From contig NZ_JBHRSK010000004.1 of the NCBI RefSeq assembly GCF_042643245.1, forward strand, positions 2,040-26,039: DNA of 24,000 nucleotides. Reading direction: 5' to 3'. How positions within the stretch are numbered: position 1 is the stretch's first letter; each line of letters opens with the position of its first letter. The notes under the pieces are model-generated. The model did no database searches, was not told the DNA's origin, and saw nothing but the letters and a program-made list of their open reading frames with translations. The position numbers and the translations under genes are program-made. Below are positions 16,956 to 24,000 of this stretch, one piece after another. The stretch is from Acidimangrovimonas pyrenivorans (GTDB taxonomy: Bacteria; Pseudomonadota; Alphaproteobacteria; Rhodobacterales; Rhodobacteraceae).

Positions 16956-17048
16956 GGATTTACATTGATTGATTGAATCAAGATTGACGATATATCTTGA
17001 AACGCCATCCTCCGCGCTGTCAACCACGAGGATTGCACGAGGATTGCC
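16956..17048. promoter_or_regulatory. repeat-dense divergent promoter/operator region between the two citrate-synthase-family genes
   Basis: AT-rich. Palindrome TTGATT-G-AATCAA at 16969-16981. Inverted repeat TCAAGAT (16978-16984) / ATCTTGA (16994-17000). Perfect tandem 2 x 11 bp CACGAGGATTG at 17025-17035 and 17036-17046, abutting ATG 17049. The pentamer GATTG occurs five times on one strand. Confidence 0.55.
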
Positions 17049-18155
17049 ATGACCGACCAAGCCATTTCCCCCGCGCACAGCACGCCCGGCCTCGACGATG
17101 TCATTGCCGCGGAAACCGTTCTCAGCCATGTCGACGGCGCCGCCGGAGAGCTCATCATCCGCGGGCACGCGCTCGACAGCCTGGCCGACTGGCGCTTCGA
17201 ATCCGTTCTCGCCCTGCTCTGGGCGGGGCTCGCCCCCGAGGCGATGGAGGCCGAGGCGATCCGCGCCGCCCTCGGCCCGGCGCGGGCGCAGGCCTTCGCG
17301 CTGATGCAGCCGCTGCTGCCGGCGACGGACGGGCTGTCGCAGGTCGAGGCGCTGCGGCTTCTGCTGTCGGCGCTCGCCGACGGTGCGGAAACGCCCCACC
17401 ACCTGCTTGCCACCGCCGCCGTGCCGGTCTTCGCCGCCGCGATTGCCCGCCGTCGCGCGGGCGAGGCCGCGGTCGCGCCCGACCCGTCGCTGGGCCAGGC
17501 GGCGGATTTCCTGCGCATGCTGCACGGCGTGCCGGCCGCGCCCGAGCAGGTGCAGGCACTCGACAGCTACCTCGTCACCGTCGCCGATCACGGGCTCAAC
17601 GCCTCGACCTTCGCCGCGCGGGTGATCGCCTCGACCCGGGCGGGGATGTTCTCGTCGGTGATCGGCGCGCTCTGCGCCCTGAAAGGCCCGCTGCATGGTG
17701 GCGCCCCGGGGCCGGTCCTCGACATGCTCGACGCGATCGGGACCGAGGACAACATCCGCCCCTGGCTCGCGGCGGCGCTGGCGCGGGGCGAGCGGCTGAT
17801 GGGGTTCGGCCACCGCATCTACCGGGTGCGCGACCCGCGGGCCGACGTGCTCAAGGGCGCCGTCGCCCGGCTGCGCGACGGGGCGGGGCGCATCCGCTTC
17901 GCCGAGGCGGTCGAGGCCGAGGCGCTGGCCCAGCTGGCCGAGAAGAAGCCGCTGCGGCCGCTGCAGACCAATGTCGAATTCTTCACCGCGCTGGTACTGG
18001 AGGCGGTGGGCTTCCCGCGCGCCAGCTTCACCAATGTCTTCGCCGCGGGCCGGATGGCGGGCTGGACGGCGCATGTGATGGAGCAGGAACTGGCCGGTCG
18101 CCTGATCCGCCCCAAGTCGCGCTATGTCGGCCCGGTCCCGGAAGTCGCCGCCTGA
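17049..18155 (+). CDS. citrate synthase-family protein (short ~370-aa 'CitA-like' type)
   Basis: 368 aa. ADHGLNASTF, KGPLHGGAPG, GFGHRIYRVRDPRADVL, GRMAGWTAHVMEQ, IRPKSRYVG. The position of the catalytic Asp block reads NVEFF (Glu instead of Asp). Confidence 0.88.
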   Translation: MTDQAISPAHSTPGLDDVIAAETVLSHVDGAAGELIIRGHALDSLADWRFESVLALLWAGLAPEAMEAEAIRAALGPARAQAFALMQPLLPATDGLSQVEALRLLLSALADGAETPHHLLATAAVPVFAAAIARRRAGEAAVAPDPSLGQAADFLRMLHGVPAAPEQVQALDSYLVTVADHGLNASTFAARVIASTRAGMFSSVIGALCALKGPLHGGAPGPVLDMLDAIGTEDNIRPWLAAALARGERLMGFGHRIYRVRDPRADVLKGAVARLRDGAGRIRFAEAVEAEALAQLAEKKPLRPLQTNVEFFTALVLEAVGFPRASFTNVFAAGRMAGWTAHVMEQELAGRLIRPKSRYVGPVPEVAA

Positions 18156-18180
18156 CCGCGCGACGGGCCTTGCCACCAGC

Positions 18181-18204
18181 GCCTCGCGGGGAGACCCGCG
18201 AGGC
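18181..18204. terminator. GC hairpin between convergent genes (candidate bidirectional terminator)
   Basis: GCCTCGCGGG (18181-18190) is the perfect reverse complement of CCCGCGAGGC (18195-18204), with tetraloop GAGA. It lies between the citrate-synthase-like stop (18155) and the TetR stop (18220). No T-run. Confidence 0.4.
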
Positions 18205-18219
18205 CGCGAACGGTCCTGC

Positions 18220-18804
18220 TCAGGCCGTGTCGCCCGCCGTGATGGTCCGCAGGATCGAGACCACGCGCCGCTTGAAGGTCTCGCGGTCGGCACCGTCCAG
18301 GGCGTCGAACTCGAGCACCTGGAAGGCGATCCCCAGCCCGGCCAGGAACGCCGCCGCCAGCACGACGCCCTCGCGCCCGCCGGAATCGCGCCGCCCCCGC
18401 AGCGGATCGAGGAATTCGGTATTGGCGACCTGCCGCAGCGCCGCCATCGCCTCGGGGCTGGCGACCGAGTGGAGCAGGATGCTGAGCCCGGCCCCGAGCT
18501 TGCCCGGCACGGCCGCGCGCCGGGCCAGAAGCATCTCGGCCATCGTCGCGGCGAGGTCGTCGCAGTCGCGCAGAACCTCCATGTCGGCGCGGATCGCGCT
18601 GCGGAACGCCTCGTTGAACAGCTCGAGCTTCGAGCCGAAGCTGCGATGGGCCTGGGCGACGTCGACACCGGCCCGGGCCGCGATCTCGCGCAGCCCCACC
18701 GTCTCATAGCTGTTCTGCGCGAAAGCCTCGCAGGCCGCCGCCAGGATGCGCTGACGCGAGGGCAGGCGGGAGGTGCTGGCAGGTTGGCTGGTCATGTCCG
18801 TCAT
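18220..18804 (-). CDS. TetR/AcrR-family transcriptional regulator
   Basis: HTH block [45 protein letters not shown]. Start chosen at MTDMTSQ (complement of 18802-18804), because the track's 18843 start would bury the 14-bp palindromic operator candidate inside the coding sequence. Confidence 0.85.
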   Translation of the reverse strand: MTDMTSQPASTSRLPSRQRILAAACEAFAQNSYETVGLREIAARAGVDVAQAHRSFGSKLELFNEAFRSAIRADMEVLRDCDDLAATMAEMLLARRAAVPGKLGAGLSILLHSVASPEAMAALRQVANTEFLDPLRGRRDSGGREGVVLAAAFLAGLGIAFQVLEFDALDGADRETFKRRVVSILRTITAGDTA

Positions 18805-18839
18805 CTTGTGTCTTGCAATGCGCGCCGCGAACGGGGCAA

Positions 18840-18853
18840 TCAACAGCTGTTGA
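18840..18853. promoter_or_regulatory. perfect 14-bp palindrome TCAACAGCTGTTGA, candidate TetR operator
   Basis: Read directly from the sequence. It lies in the 102-bp TetR / hlyD-like spacer and overlaps a -35-like TTGACG (18850-18855). Confidence 0.5.
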
Positions 18854-18906
18854 CGGCAGAATACACCGATTTTCCGAACCTCTTGTCAATTTGAAGGAAT
18901 GTCGCA

Positions 18907-19325
18907 ATGGCCCGGCCGAGCAGCAAATGGGGACTGGTCGGCCTGGCGGCGGTCATCGTCGTCGCGGCCAAGGCGGCCGGGCGGATCGGCAGGTTCCTGG
19001 TCAAGGAACGCGAGGTCGTCCATGCCGGCCAGCCGCTGGCCGAGCTCGACAGCCGCCAGGTCGGCGTCGCGCTGGTCCAGGCCCGGGCCGAGCGCAAGCG
19101 GGCGGTGCTGGCGGTCGACACGGCGAAGAACCGGGTCCGGCAGGCCGAGGCCGAGCAGCGCGCGGCGGCGGCGGCGGCCGAGGAGGCCCAGGCCGCCAAC
19201 GACGTCGCCCGGAAGCAATACGAGCGCACGGCCAAGCTGGCCGAGAACAGCACCGCCTCGCAGGCGACGCTGGATGCCGCCCGCGCCCGGGCGCTGAGCG
19301 CCAAGGCCGCGAGCGCGGCGCGCGG
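18907..19325 (+). pseudogene. HlyD/YbhG-type membrane-fusion protein, truncated remnant (~140 codons)
   Basis: [19 protein letters not shown] (TM anchor), then [32 protein letters not shown] (lipoyl-like motif), then an Ala/Gln/Glu-rich coiled-coil ...[19 protein letters not shown]. After about 19325 this frame degenerates into the out-of-frame reading of an ATPase fragment. The beta-barrel and C-terminal half are absent. Confidence 0.7.
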
Positions 19326-19760
19326 CGGATACGGGACAGCCGTGTCGAGGTGCTGGGCGGCGACATGGCGGATGCCGGCCATCGCGGCCGGATCGGGCCG
19401 CGCATCGCCTATATGCCGCAGGGGCTGGGCCGCAACCTCTATGCCTCGCTCTCGTTGCGCGAGAATGTCTATTTCTTCGGCCGTCTCTTCGGCCAGGACG
19501 ACGCGGAGCGCCGCCGCCGCATCGACGCGCTGCTCACCGCCACCGGGCTCGCCCCCTTCGCCGGCCGGCCGGCTGGCAAGCTGTCGGGCGGGATGAAGCA
19601 GAAGCCGGGGCTGTGCTGCGCCCTGATCCACGACCCGGATCTGCTGATCCTCGACGAGCCGACCACCGGCGTCGACCCGCTGTCGCGGCGCCAGTTCTGG
19701 GAGCTGGTCGCGCGGCTGCGCGCCACCCGTCCGGGGATGAGCGTCATCGTCGCCACCGCG
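19326..19760 (+). pseudogene. ABC transporter ATP-binding domain fragment (YbhF/YhiH-like), lacking Walker A
   Basis: A different frame from the HlyD piece: [65 protein letters not shown]...[64 protein letters not shown]. The Q-loop, signature and Walker B are present. No GxxGxGK[ST] occurs upstream in this frame. Confidence 0.75.
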
Positions 19761-20276
19761 CTGCCGGCGATGGTGCCGGCGGTGCAGCTCTCCGGCCTGG
19801 TCGACCCGGTCTCGTCGCTCGAGATCATGCTGTCCAAGGTCGGGTCGATGGGGCTGGTGGTGGTGGCGACCGCCGCCTCGCTGGTCTTCGTCGTCGAGGG
19901 CGTGCTGCAGGTGCCGGTCGCGGGGGCGCTGCCGCTCTACCTGTTCGGCACCGCGCTCGAGCTCTTCGCCGTCACTTCGCTGGGGATCATGCTGGCGACG
20001 CTGGCCGGGTCGATGCCGCAATTCGGGCTGCTCCTGGTGATGGTGCTGCTGCCGCTGCAGGTGCTGTCGGGCACCCTGACCCCGCGCGAGAGCATGCCCC
20101 GCTTCATCCGCGACCTGATGCTGCTGGCGCCCGACATCCATTTCGCCGCCTTCTCCGAGGCGGTGCTGTTCCGCGGTGCCGGCCTCGCCATCGTCTGGCC
20201 GCAACTGCTGGCCATGGCGGTGATCGGCGCCGCGCTGTTCCTGATCGCGCTGGGCCGGTTCCGGGCGTTCCTGAGC
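19761..20276 (+). pseudogene. ABC-2-type permease C-terminal fragment(s) fused in frame to the ATPase fragment
   Basis: Directly after ...VIVATA the frame reads [20 protein letters not shown], which resembles the LLSGF.FP.ESMP loop of ABC-2 permeases. It then reads [15 protein letters not shown]...[75 protein letters not shown], the last ~150 aa of a YbhS/YbhR/YhhJ-type permease. The N-terminal half is absent. The frame then stays open to 20468 with no recognisable stop context. Confidence 0.7.
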
Positions 20277-20281
20277 TGGAG

Positions 20282-20323
20282 CGGCCCGTGCCGGCCCGTG
20301 CCGGCCCGGGAGGGTCCGGGAGG
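20282..20323. repeat. two adjacent short tandem duplications
   Basis: CGGCCCGTGC at 20282-20291 and 20292-20301, with a partial third copy. CCGGGAGGG at 20305-20313 and 20315-20323. Confidence 0.6.
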
Positions 20324-20411
20324 GCGCGGCGCGCGGCCGCTCCCCTTGACCCTGCGGAAGCCCCGCAGGCAATTCATGCCGCCGATCGGGGCTTCGCCCG
20401 CAGGCGCGGGG

Positions 20412-20441
20412 CAGACGCCCCGGGCGGTCAGGGGGCGTCTG
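20412..20441. terminator. 10-bp-stem hairpin at the convergent junction, enclosing the acyl-CoA synthetase stop codon
   Basis: CAGACGCCCC (20412-20421) is the reverse complement of GGGGCGTCTG (20432-20441), with a 10-nt loop containing the TGA (complement of 20428-20430). No U-tract on either strand. Confidence 0.3.
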
Positions 20442-21999
20442 AATATTCCTTGCGCAGCTCGCGCTTGAGGATCTTGCCGGCGGTGTTGCGCGGCAGATCC
20501 TCGCGGAAGATCACCCGCTTGGGGATCTTGAACGGCGCCAGCGTTTCCCGGGCGTGGAGCAGCAGTTCCTCTTCCACCACCGCATTGCCGTCGCGCAGCA
20601 CGACGACGGCGGTGACCGCCTCGATCCATTTCTCGTGCGGCAGGGCGATGACCGCCACCTCCGAAACCGCGGGATGGCTGAACAGCGCCTCCTCGACCTC
20701 GCGGCTGGCGACATTGGTGCCGCCGGTGACGATGATGTCCTTCACCCGGTCGACGATGGTCAGGTAGCCCTCTTCGTCGACGACGCCGACATCGCCGGAG
20801 TGGAACCAGCCGCCGGCGAAGGCCTCGGCGGTCTCCTCGGGCTTGCCCCAGTAGCCCAGCATCAGATGCGGCGAGCGGTGGACGATCTCGCCATGCGCGC
20901 CCGGGGCGACGTCGTTCATCGCCTCGTCCACCACCCGGGTCTCGACATTGAGCACCGGCCGGCCGGCCGAGGCCGGGCGCGCGTCGTGCTCCTCGGGCCG
21001 CAGCACGGTGGCGAGCGGGGCGATCTCGCTCTGGCCATAGCAGTTGAAGGGCTGGATGCCGGGCAGCCGCGCGCGCAGCTCCTGCAGCACCGGCACCGGC
21101 ATGATCGAGGCGCCGTAGAACACCTGTTTCAGCGACGACAGATCGCGCTTGTCGAAATCGGGCGAGCGCAGCAGGCTGATCCACACCGTCGGCGGCGCGA
21201 AGAACGAGGTGATGCGGTGCTCCTCGATCAGCTTGAGGCAGAGCTCGGGCTGGGGCGCCTCGATCAGCACCGTGCTGGCACCGACCAGCAGCTGCGGCAT
21301 GACGAAGACATGCATCTGCGCCGAATGGTAGAGCGGCAGCGCGGCCAGCGCCCGGTCGTCGGGGCCGAAGCCGAGCTCGTGGATGCAGCTCATGTATTCC
21401 GCGGTCAGGCCACGATGGGTCATCATCGCGCCCTTGGGCGCGGCGGTGGTGCCCGAGGTATAGAGCAACTGGGCGACGTCGGTATCGTCGGTGGTGCTGT
21501 CGATCGGCGGGCCGTCCGCGCCGCCGAGCGCGATGGCGAGGACATCGAAGCCGTCGCCGCCATGGAAGGTGCCGGTCATGACGAAACCGTGGTCGGTGCC
21601 GAGCGCCTCGTGCACCTTGTCCCCAAGCGGCAGATCGAAGATCAGCGCCCGGGCGCCGGACTGGTCGACGATGTAATGCAGTTCGTGGTCGGTCAGCGCG
21701 TAGTTGATCGGCACGTGGATCAGGCCGATCCGCGTCGCCGCCAGCCAGAGCAGCAGATAGGCGTCCGAGTTGCGGCCGTAGGCGCCGATGCGGTCGCCCG
21801 GCTCCAGCCCCGCCGCGGCCAGCGCGGTGGCGACCCGGTTCACGGCGCGGTCGAGCCCGGCGAAGCTCCAGCTGCGGTCGGCGAAGGTCAGCGCCGGGCG
21901 CTCGCCATGGCGCAGCGCGGCCCGGCGCACCGCGTCGGAAATCGTGTTGCGGCGGGCGCGGGCGCCAAGCCCGGCGGCCTCGGGATGTCCGGTCGTCAT
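20428..21999 (-). CDS. AMP-dependent acyl-CoA synthetase/ligase (fatty-acid-CoA ligase family)
   Basis: AMP-binding motif [51 protein letters not shown]-terminal [11 protein letters not shown]. Start preferred at MTTGHPE (complement of 21997-21999), with GGAGGAG 4 nt upstream, rather than the track's 22014. Confidence 0.9.
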   Translation of the reverse strand: MTTGHPEAAGLGARARRNTISDAVRRAALRHGERPALTFADRSWSFAGLDRAVNRVATALAAAGLEPGDRIGAYGRNSDAYLLLWLAATRIGLIHVPINYALTDHELHYIVDQSGARALIFDLPLGDKVHEALGTDHGFVMTGTFHGGDGFDVLAIALGGADGPPIDSTTDDTDVAQLLYTSGTTAAPKGAMMTHRGLTAEYMSCIHELGFGPDDRALAALPLYHSAQMHVFVMPQLLVGASTVLIEAPQPELCLKLIEEHRITSFFAPPTVWISLLRSPDFDKRDLSSLKQVFYGASIMPVPVLQELRARLPGIQPFNCYGQSEIAPLATVLRPEEHDARPASAGRPVLNVETRVVDEAMNDVAPGAHGEIVHRSPHLMLGYWGKPEETAEAFAGGWFHSGDVGVVDEEGYLTIVDRVKDIIVTGGTNVASREVEEALFSHPAVSEVAVIALPHEKWIEAVTAVVVLRDGNAVVEEELLLHARETLAPFKIPKRVIFREDLPRNTAGKILKRELRKEYSDAP

Positions 22000-22167
22000 G
22001 GCTCCTCCTTCCATGTCCGGGGGGAACGCCCTTTGGCCATGGGGCGGCCCGGGCGCTTGTCTGTCAGCAACTCTAACATCGGCCTTGAGCCGGACAACGT
22101 CCTCCGCGGGCTTCCGTGGCGTCAGCGGGGGAACGGCACGACATGAGACGCGTGCCCCGGCCGCCGC

Positions 22168-23154
22168 TCATATCGACGAGATCTTGAGCAGTTTCTCTAT
22201 CTCGCCGATGACGCCGCGCCGGAACAGCAGCACGCAGGCGATGAAGGTGGCGCCGATCACCACCTGGACCCAGGAGCCGATCGAGCTCAGCACCTGCTGC
22301 AGCGCGACCACGATGAAGGCGCCGACGACCGGCCCGAAGATCGTCCCGAGCCCGCCGAGCAGGGTCATCAGGATGACCTCGCCCGACATCTGCCAATGGG
22401 CGTCGGTCAGCGAGGCGAACTGGAAGACGATGCACTTGGTCGAGCCGGCGAGGCCCGAGAGCGCGGCCGACAGCACGAAGGCGATCAGCTTGTAGCGGTC
22501 GACATTGTAGCCCAGAGACAGCGCCCGCGGCTCGTTCTCGCGCACCGCTTGCAGCACCTGGCCGAAGGGCGAGTGGATGATGCGGTAGATGAACAGGAAG
22601 CCGGCCATGAAGATCGCGGCGACGAAGTAATACATCGCCAGCGGCCGGTTGAGGTCGATGAAGCCGAGAAGATGGCCGCGCGGGATGCCCTGCAGCCCGT
22701 TCTCGCCGCCGGTGAAGGGCAGTTGCAGGGCGAAGAAATAGACGATCTGGGCCAGCGCCAGGGTGATCATCGCGAAATAGATCCCCTGCCGGCGGATCGC
22801 CAGCGCGCCGACCACGTAGCCCAGCACCGCGGCGAAGGCGGTGCCGGTCAGGATGCCGAGCAGCGGCGGGAAGCCCCAGACGGTCAGGGCGTGGCCGGCG
22901 ACATAGGCGGCGCCGCCGAAGAAGGCGGCATGGCCGAAGGACAAGAGCCCGGTGAAGCCGATCAGCAGGTTGAAGGCGCAGGCGAAGAGCGCGAAGCACA
23001 GGAGCTGCATCACGAAGACCGGGTAGAGCACCGCCGGCGCCGCCAGCACGAAGCCCAGCAGCAGCAGCCAGAGCACGGTCTGGGTGACGCGGGTGCGGGC
23101 CAGGCTCCTGGCCGAGATGTGGTCGTCGAATTCGCCGATTTCGGAAACCGTCAC
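22168..23154 (-). CDS. LivM-like branched-chain-amino-acid-type ABC transporter permease
   Basis: 328-aa polytopic protein with GTG start. LivM blocks GLLSFGHAAFFGGAAY and ENEPRALSLGYN. 16 nt downstream of the livH-like gene. Confidence 0.9.
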   Translation of the reverse strand: MTVSEIGEFDDHISARSLARTRVTQTVLWLLLLGFVLAAPAVLYPVFVMQLLCFALFACAFNLLIGFTGLLSFGHAAFFGGAAYVAGHALTVWGFPPLLGILTGTAFAAVLGYVVGALAIRRQGIYFAMITLALAQIVYFFALQLPFTGGENGLQGIPRGHLLGFIDLNRPLAMYYFVAAIFMAGFLFIYRIIHSPFGQVLQAVRENEPRALSLGYNVDRYKLIAFVLSAALSGLAGSTKCIVFQFASLTDAHWQMSGEVILMTLLGGLGTIFGPVVGAFIVVALQQVLSSIGSWVQVVIGATFIACVLLFRRGVIGEIEKLLKISSI

Positions 23155-23170
23155 TGCTCTTGCCCCCGTC

Positions 23171-24000
23171 CTATCGCGTGCGCCCGAAGAGTCCGGCCGG
23201 CCGCACCAGCAGCACGACCACCATCAGGAAGAAAATCACCGTGTTTGCCGCCGGCGCGTAGAAGACCTTGGTGATCCCCTCGATCAGCCCGAGCGCGAAG
23301 CCGGTCACCACCGCTCCCATTATCGAGCCCATGCCGCCGATCACCACCACCGCGAAGATGATGATGATCAGGTCCGCCCCCATCAGCGGGCTGACCGAGT
23401 AAATCGGCGCGGCGAGCACCCCGGCGAGGCCGGCGAGCCCCGAGCCGAAGCCGAAGGTCAGCGTCACCATCAGCGGCACGTTGATGCCGAAGGCCTTCAC
23501 CAGTTCCGGATTCTCGGTCCCGGCCCGGAGCAGCGCGCCGATGCGGGTGCGCTCGATCACGTACCAGACCGCCAGGCAGACCGCGATCGAGAACAGGATC
23601 ACGAACAGCCGGTATTTCGGGAACATCATGAAGCCGAGGTTCACCACCCCGCGCAGCGCGGCCGGCTGGCCCGGATAGGGCGTGCCGGAGGCGTTGAAGA
23701 AGTTGATGAACAGGCCCTGCAGCACCAGCGTCACGCCGAAGGTCAGCAGCAGGCTGTAGATCGGGTCGAGCCCGTAGAGCCAGCGCAGCATGAAGCGTTC
23801 CATCAGCATGCCGAAGCAGCCGACGATCAGCGGCACCAGCACCAGCGCCGGCCAGAAACCGATATGCAGCCATTCCATCCCGATCCAGACACCGAAATAG
23901 GAATAGAGGATCAGCGCCGTGAAGGCGCCGGTCATGTAGAGCGCGCCATGGGCGAAATTGACCACGTTCAGCAGGCCGAAGATGATCGCCAGCCCGAGGC
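23171..24000 (-). CDS. LivH-like ABC transporter permease (5' end beyond the window)
   Basis: The frame continues open to the window edge upstream of the track's Met (...LGLAIIFGLLNVVNFAHGALYMTGAF). It is hydrophobic throughout and ends at TAG (complement of 23171-23173). Confidence 0.9.
   Translation of the reverse strand, partial: LGLAIIFGLLNVVNFAHGALYMTGAFTALILYSYFGVWIGMEWLHIGFWPALVLVPLIVGCFGMLMERFMLRWLYGLDPIYSLLLTFGVTLVLQGLFINFFNASGTPYPGQPAALRGVVNLGFMMFPKYRLFVILFSIAVCLAVWYVIERTRIGALLRAGTENPELVKAFGINVPLMVTLTFGFGSGLAGLAGVLAAPIYSVSPLMGADLIIIIFAVVVIGGMGSIMGAVVTGFALGLIEGITKVFYAPAANTVIFFLMVVVLLVRPAGLFGRTR

Noticed and set aside
15741-18707. A single 988-aa minus-strand ORF.
   Set aside because: Only the C-terminal 404 codons (15741-16955) carry HTH and citrate-synthase homology and begin at a sensible ATG after an AT-rich promoter region. 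The upstream 580 codons are the antisense of the + strand citrate-synthase-like gene and of the TetR region.
1-24000. Scan for CRISPR arrays, tRNA/rRNA genes, toxin-antitoxin pairs, or defence-system hallmarks (nucleases, helicases, methyltransferases).
   Set aside because: I saw no regularly spaced direct repeats, no cloverleaf-like segments in the few intergenic regions, and no ORFs with such motifs. Every sizeable gap is accounted for by promoters, hairpins or gene remnants. This was done by eye only, so small RNAs cannot be excluded.

Overview
High-GC, alphaproteobacterial (Rhodobacter-like) chromosomal window. Gene calls rest on motif recognition and reading-frame inspection only; no database search was possible.

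Layout:
- (i) 1-8506, + strand: the tail of an unidentified gene, then a five-gene Liv/Urt-type ABC importer. Its binding protein looks like the urea/short-chain-amide (UrtA/FmdD/AmiC) subgroup. It is followed by an amidase-signature amidase, a small ABM-fold monooxygenase-like protein and a second amidase.
- (ii) 8638-9010: a decayed IS6-family transposase remnant.
- (iii) 9201-15364: a complete non-carboxysomal form IA RuBisCO unit, cbbL-cbbS-cbbQ-cbbO on the - strand. cbbR (LysR family) is divergent across an AT-rich 102-bp control region.
- (iv) 15365-15740: 376 bp that I cannot assign.
- (v) 15741-18155: a divergent pair of citrate-synthase-family paralogues. One carries an N-terminal excisionase/MerR-type HTH. 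The 93-bp spacer between them is packed with palindromes and repeats.
- (vi) 18220-20468: an intact TetR gene with a perfect 14-bp palindrome facing a collapsed HlyD / ABC-ATPase / ABC-2-permease efflux operon. That operon survives only as three or four short homologous pieces.
- (vii) 20428-24000, - strand: an acyl-CoA synthetase and two Liv-type permeases (the last runs off the window).

No tRNA, rRNA, CRISPR array or defence-type genes were seen.

Most worth a second look: the HTH-citrate-synthase fusion locus with its repeat-dense operator region, the mosaic efflux-operon wreck, the IS-flanked RuBisCO island, and the amide uptake/hydrolysis cluster of unknown substrate. The many very long ORFs antisense to real genes are high-GC artefacts.
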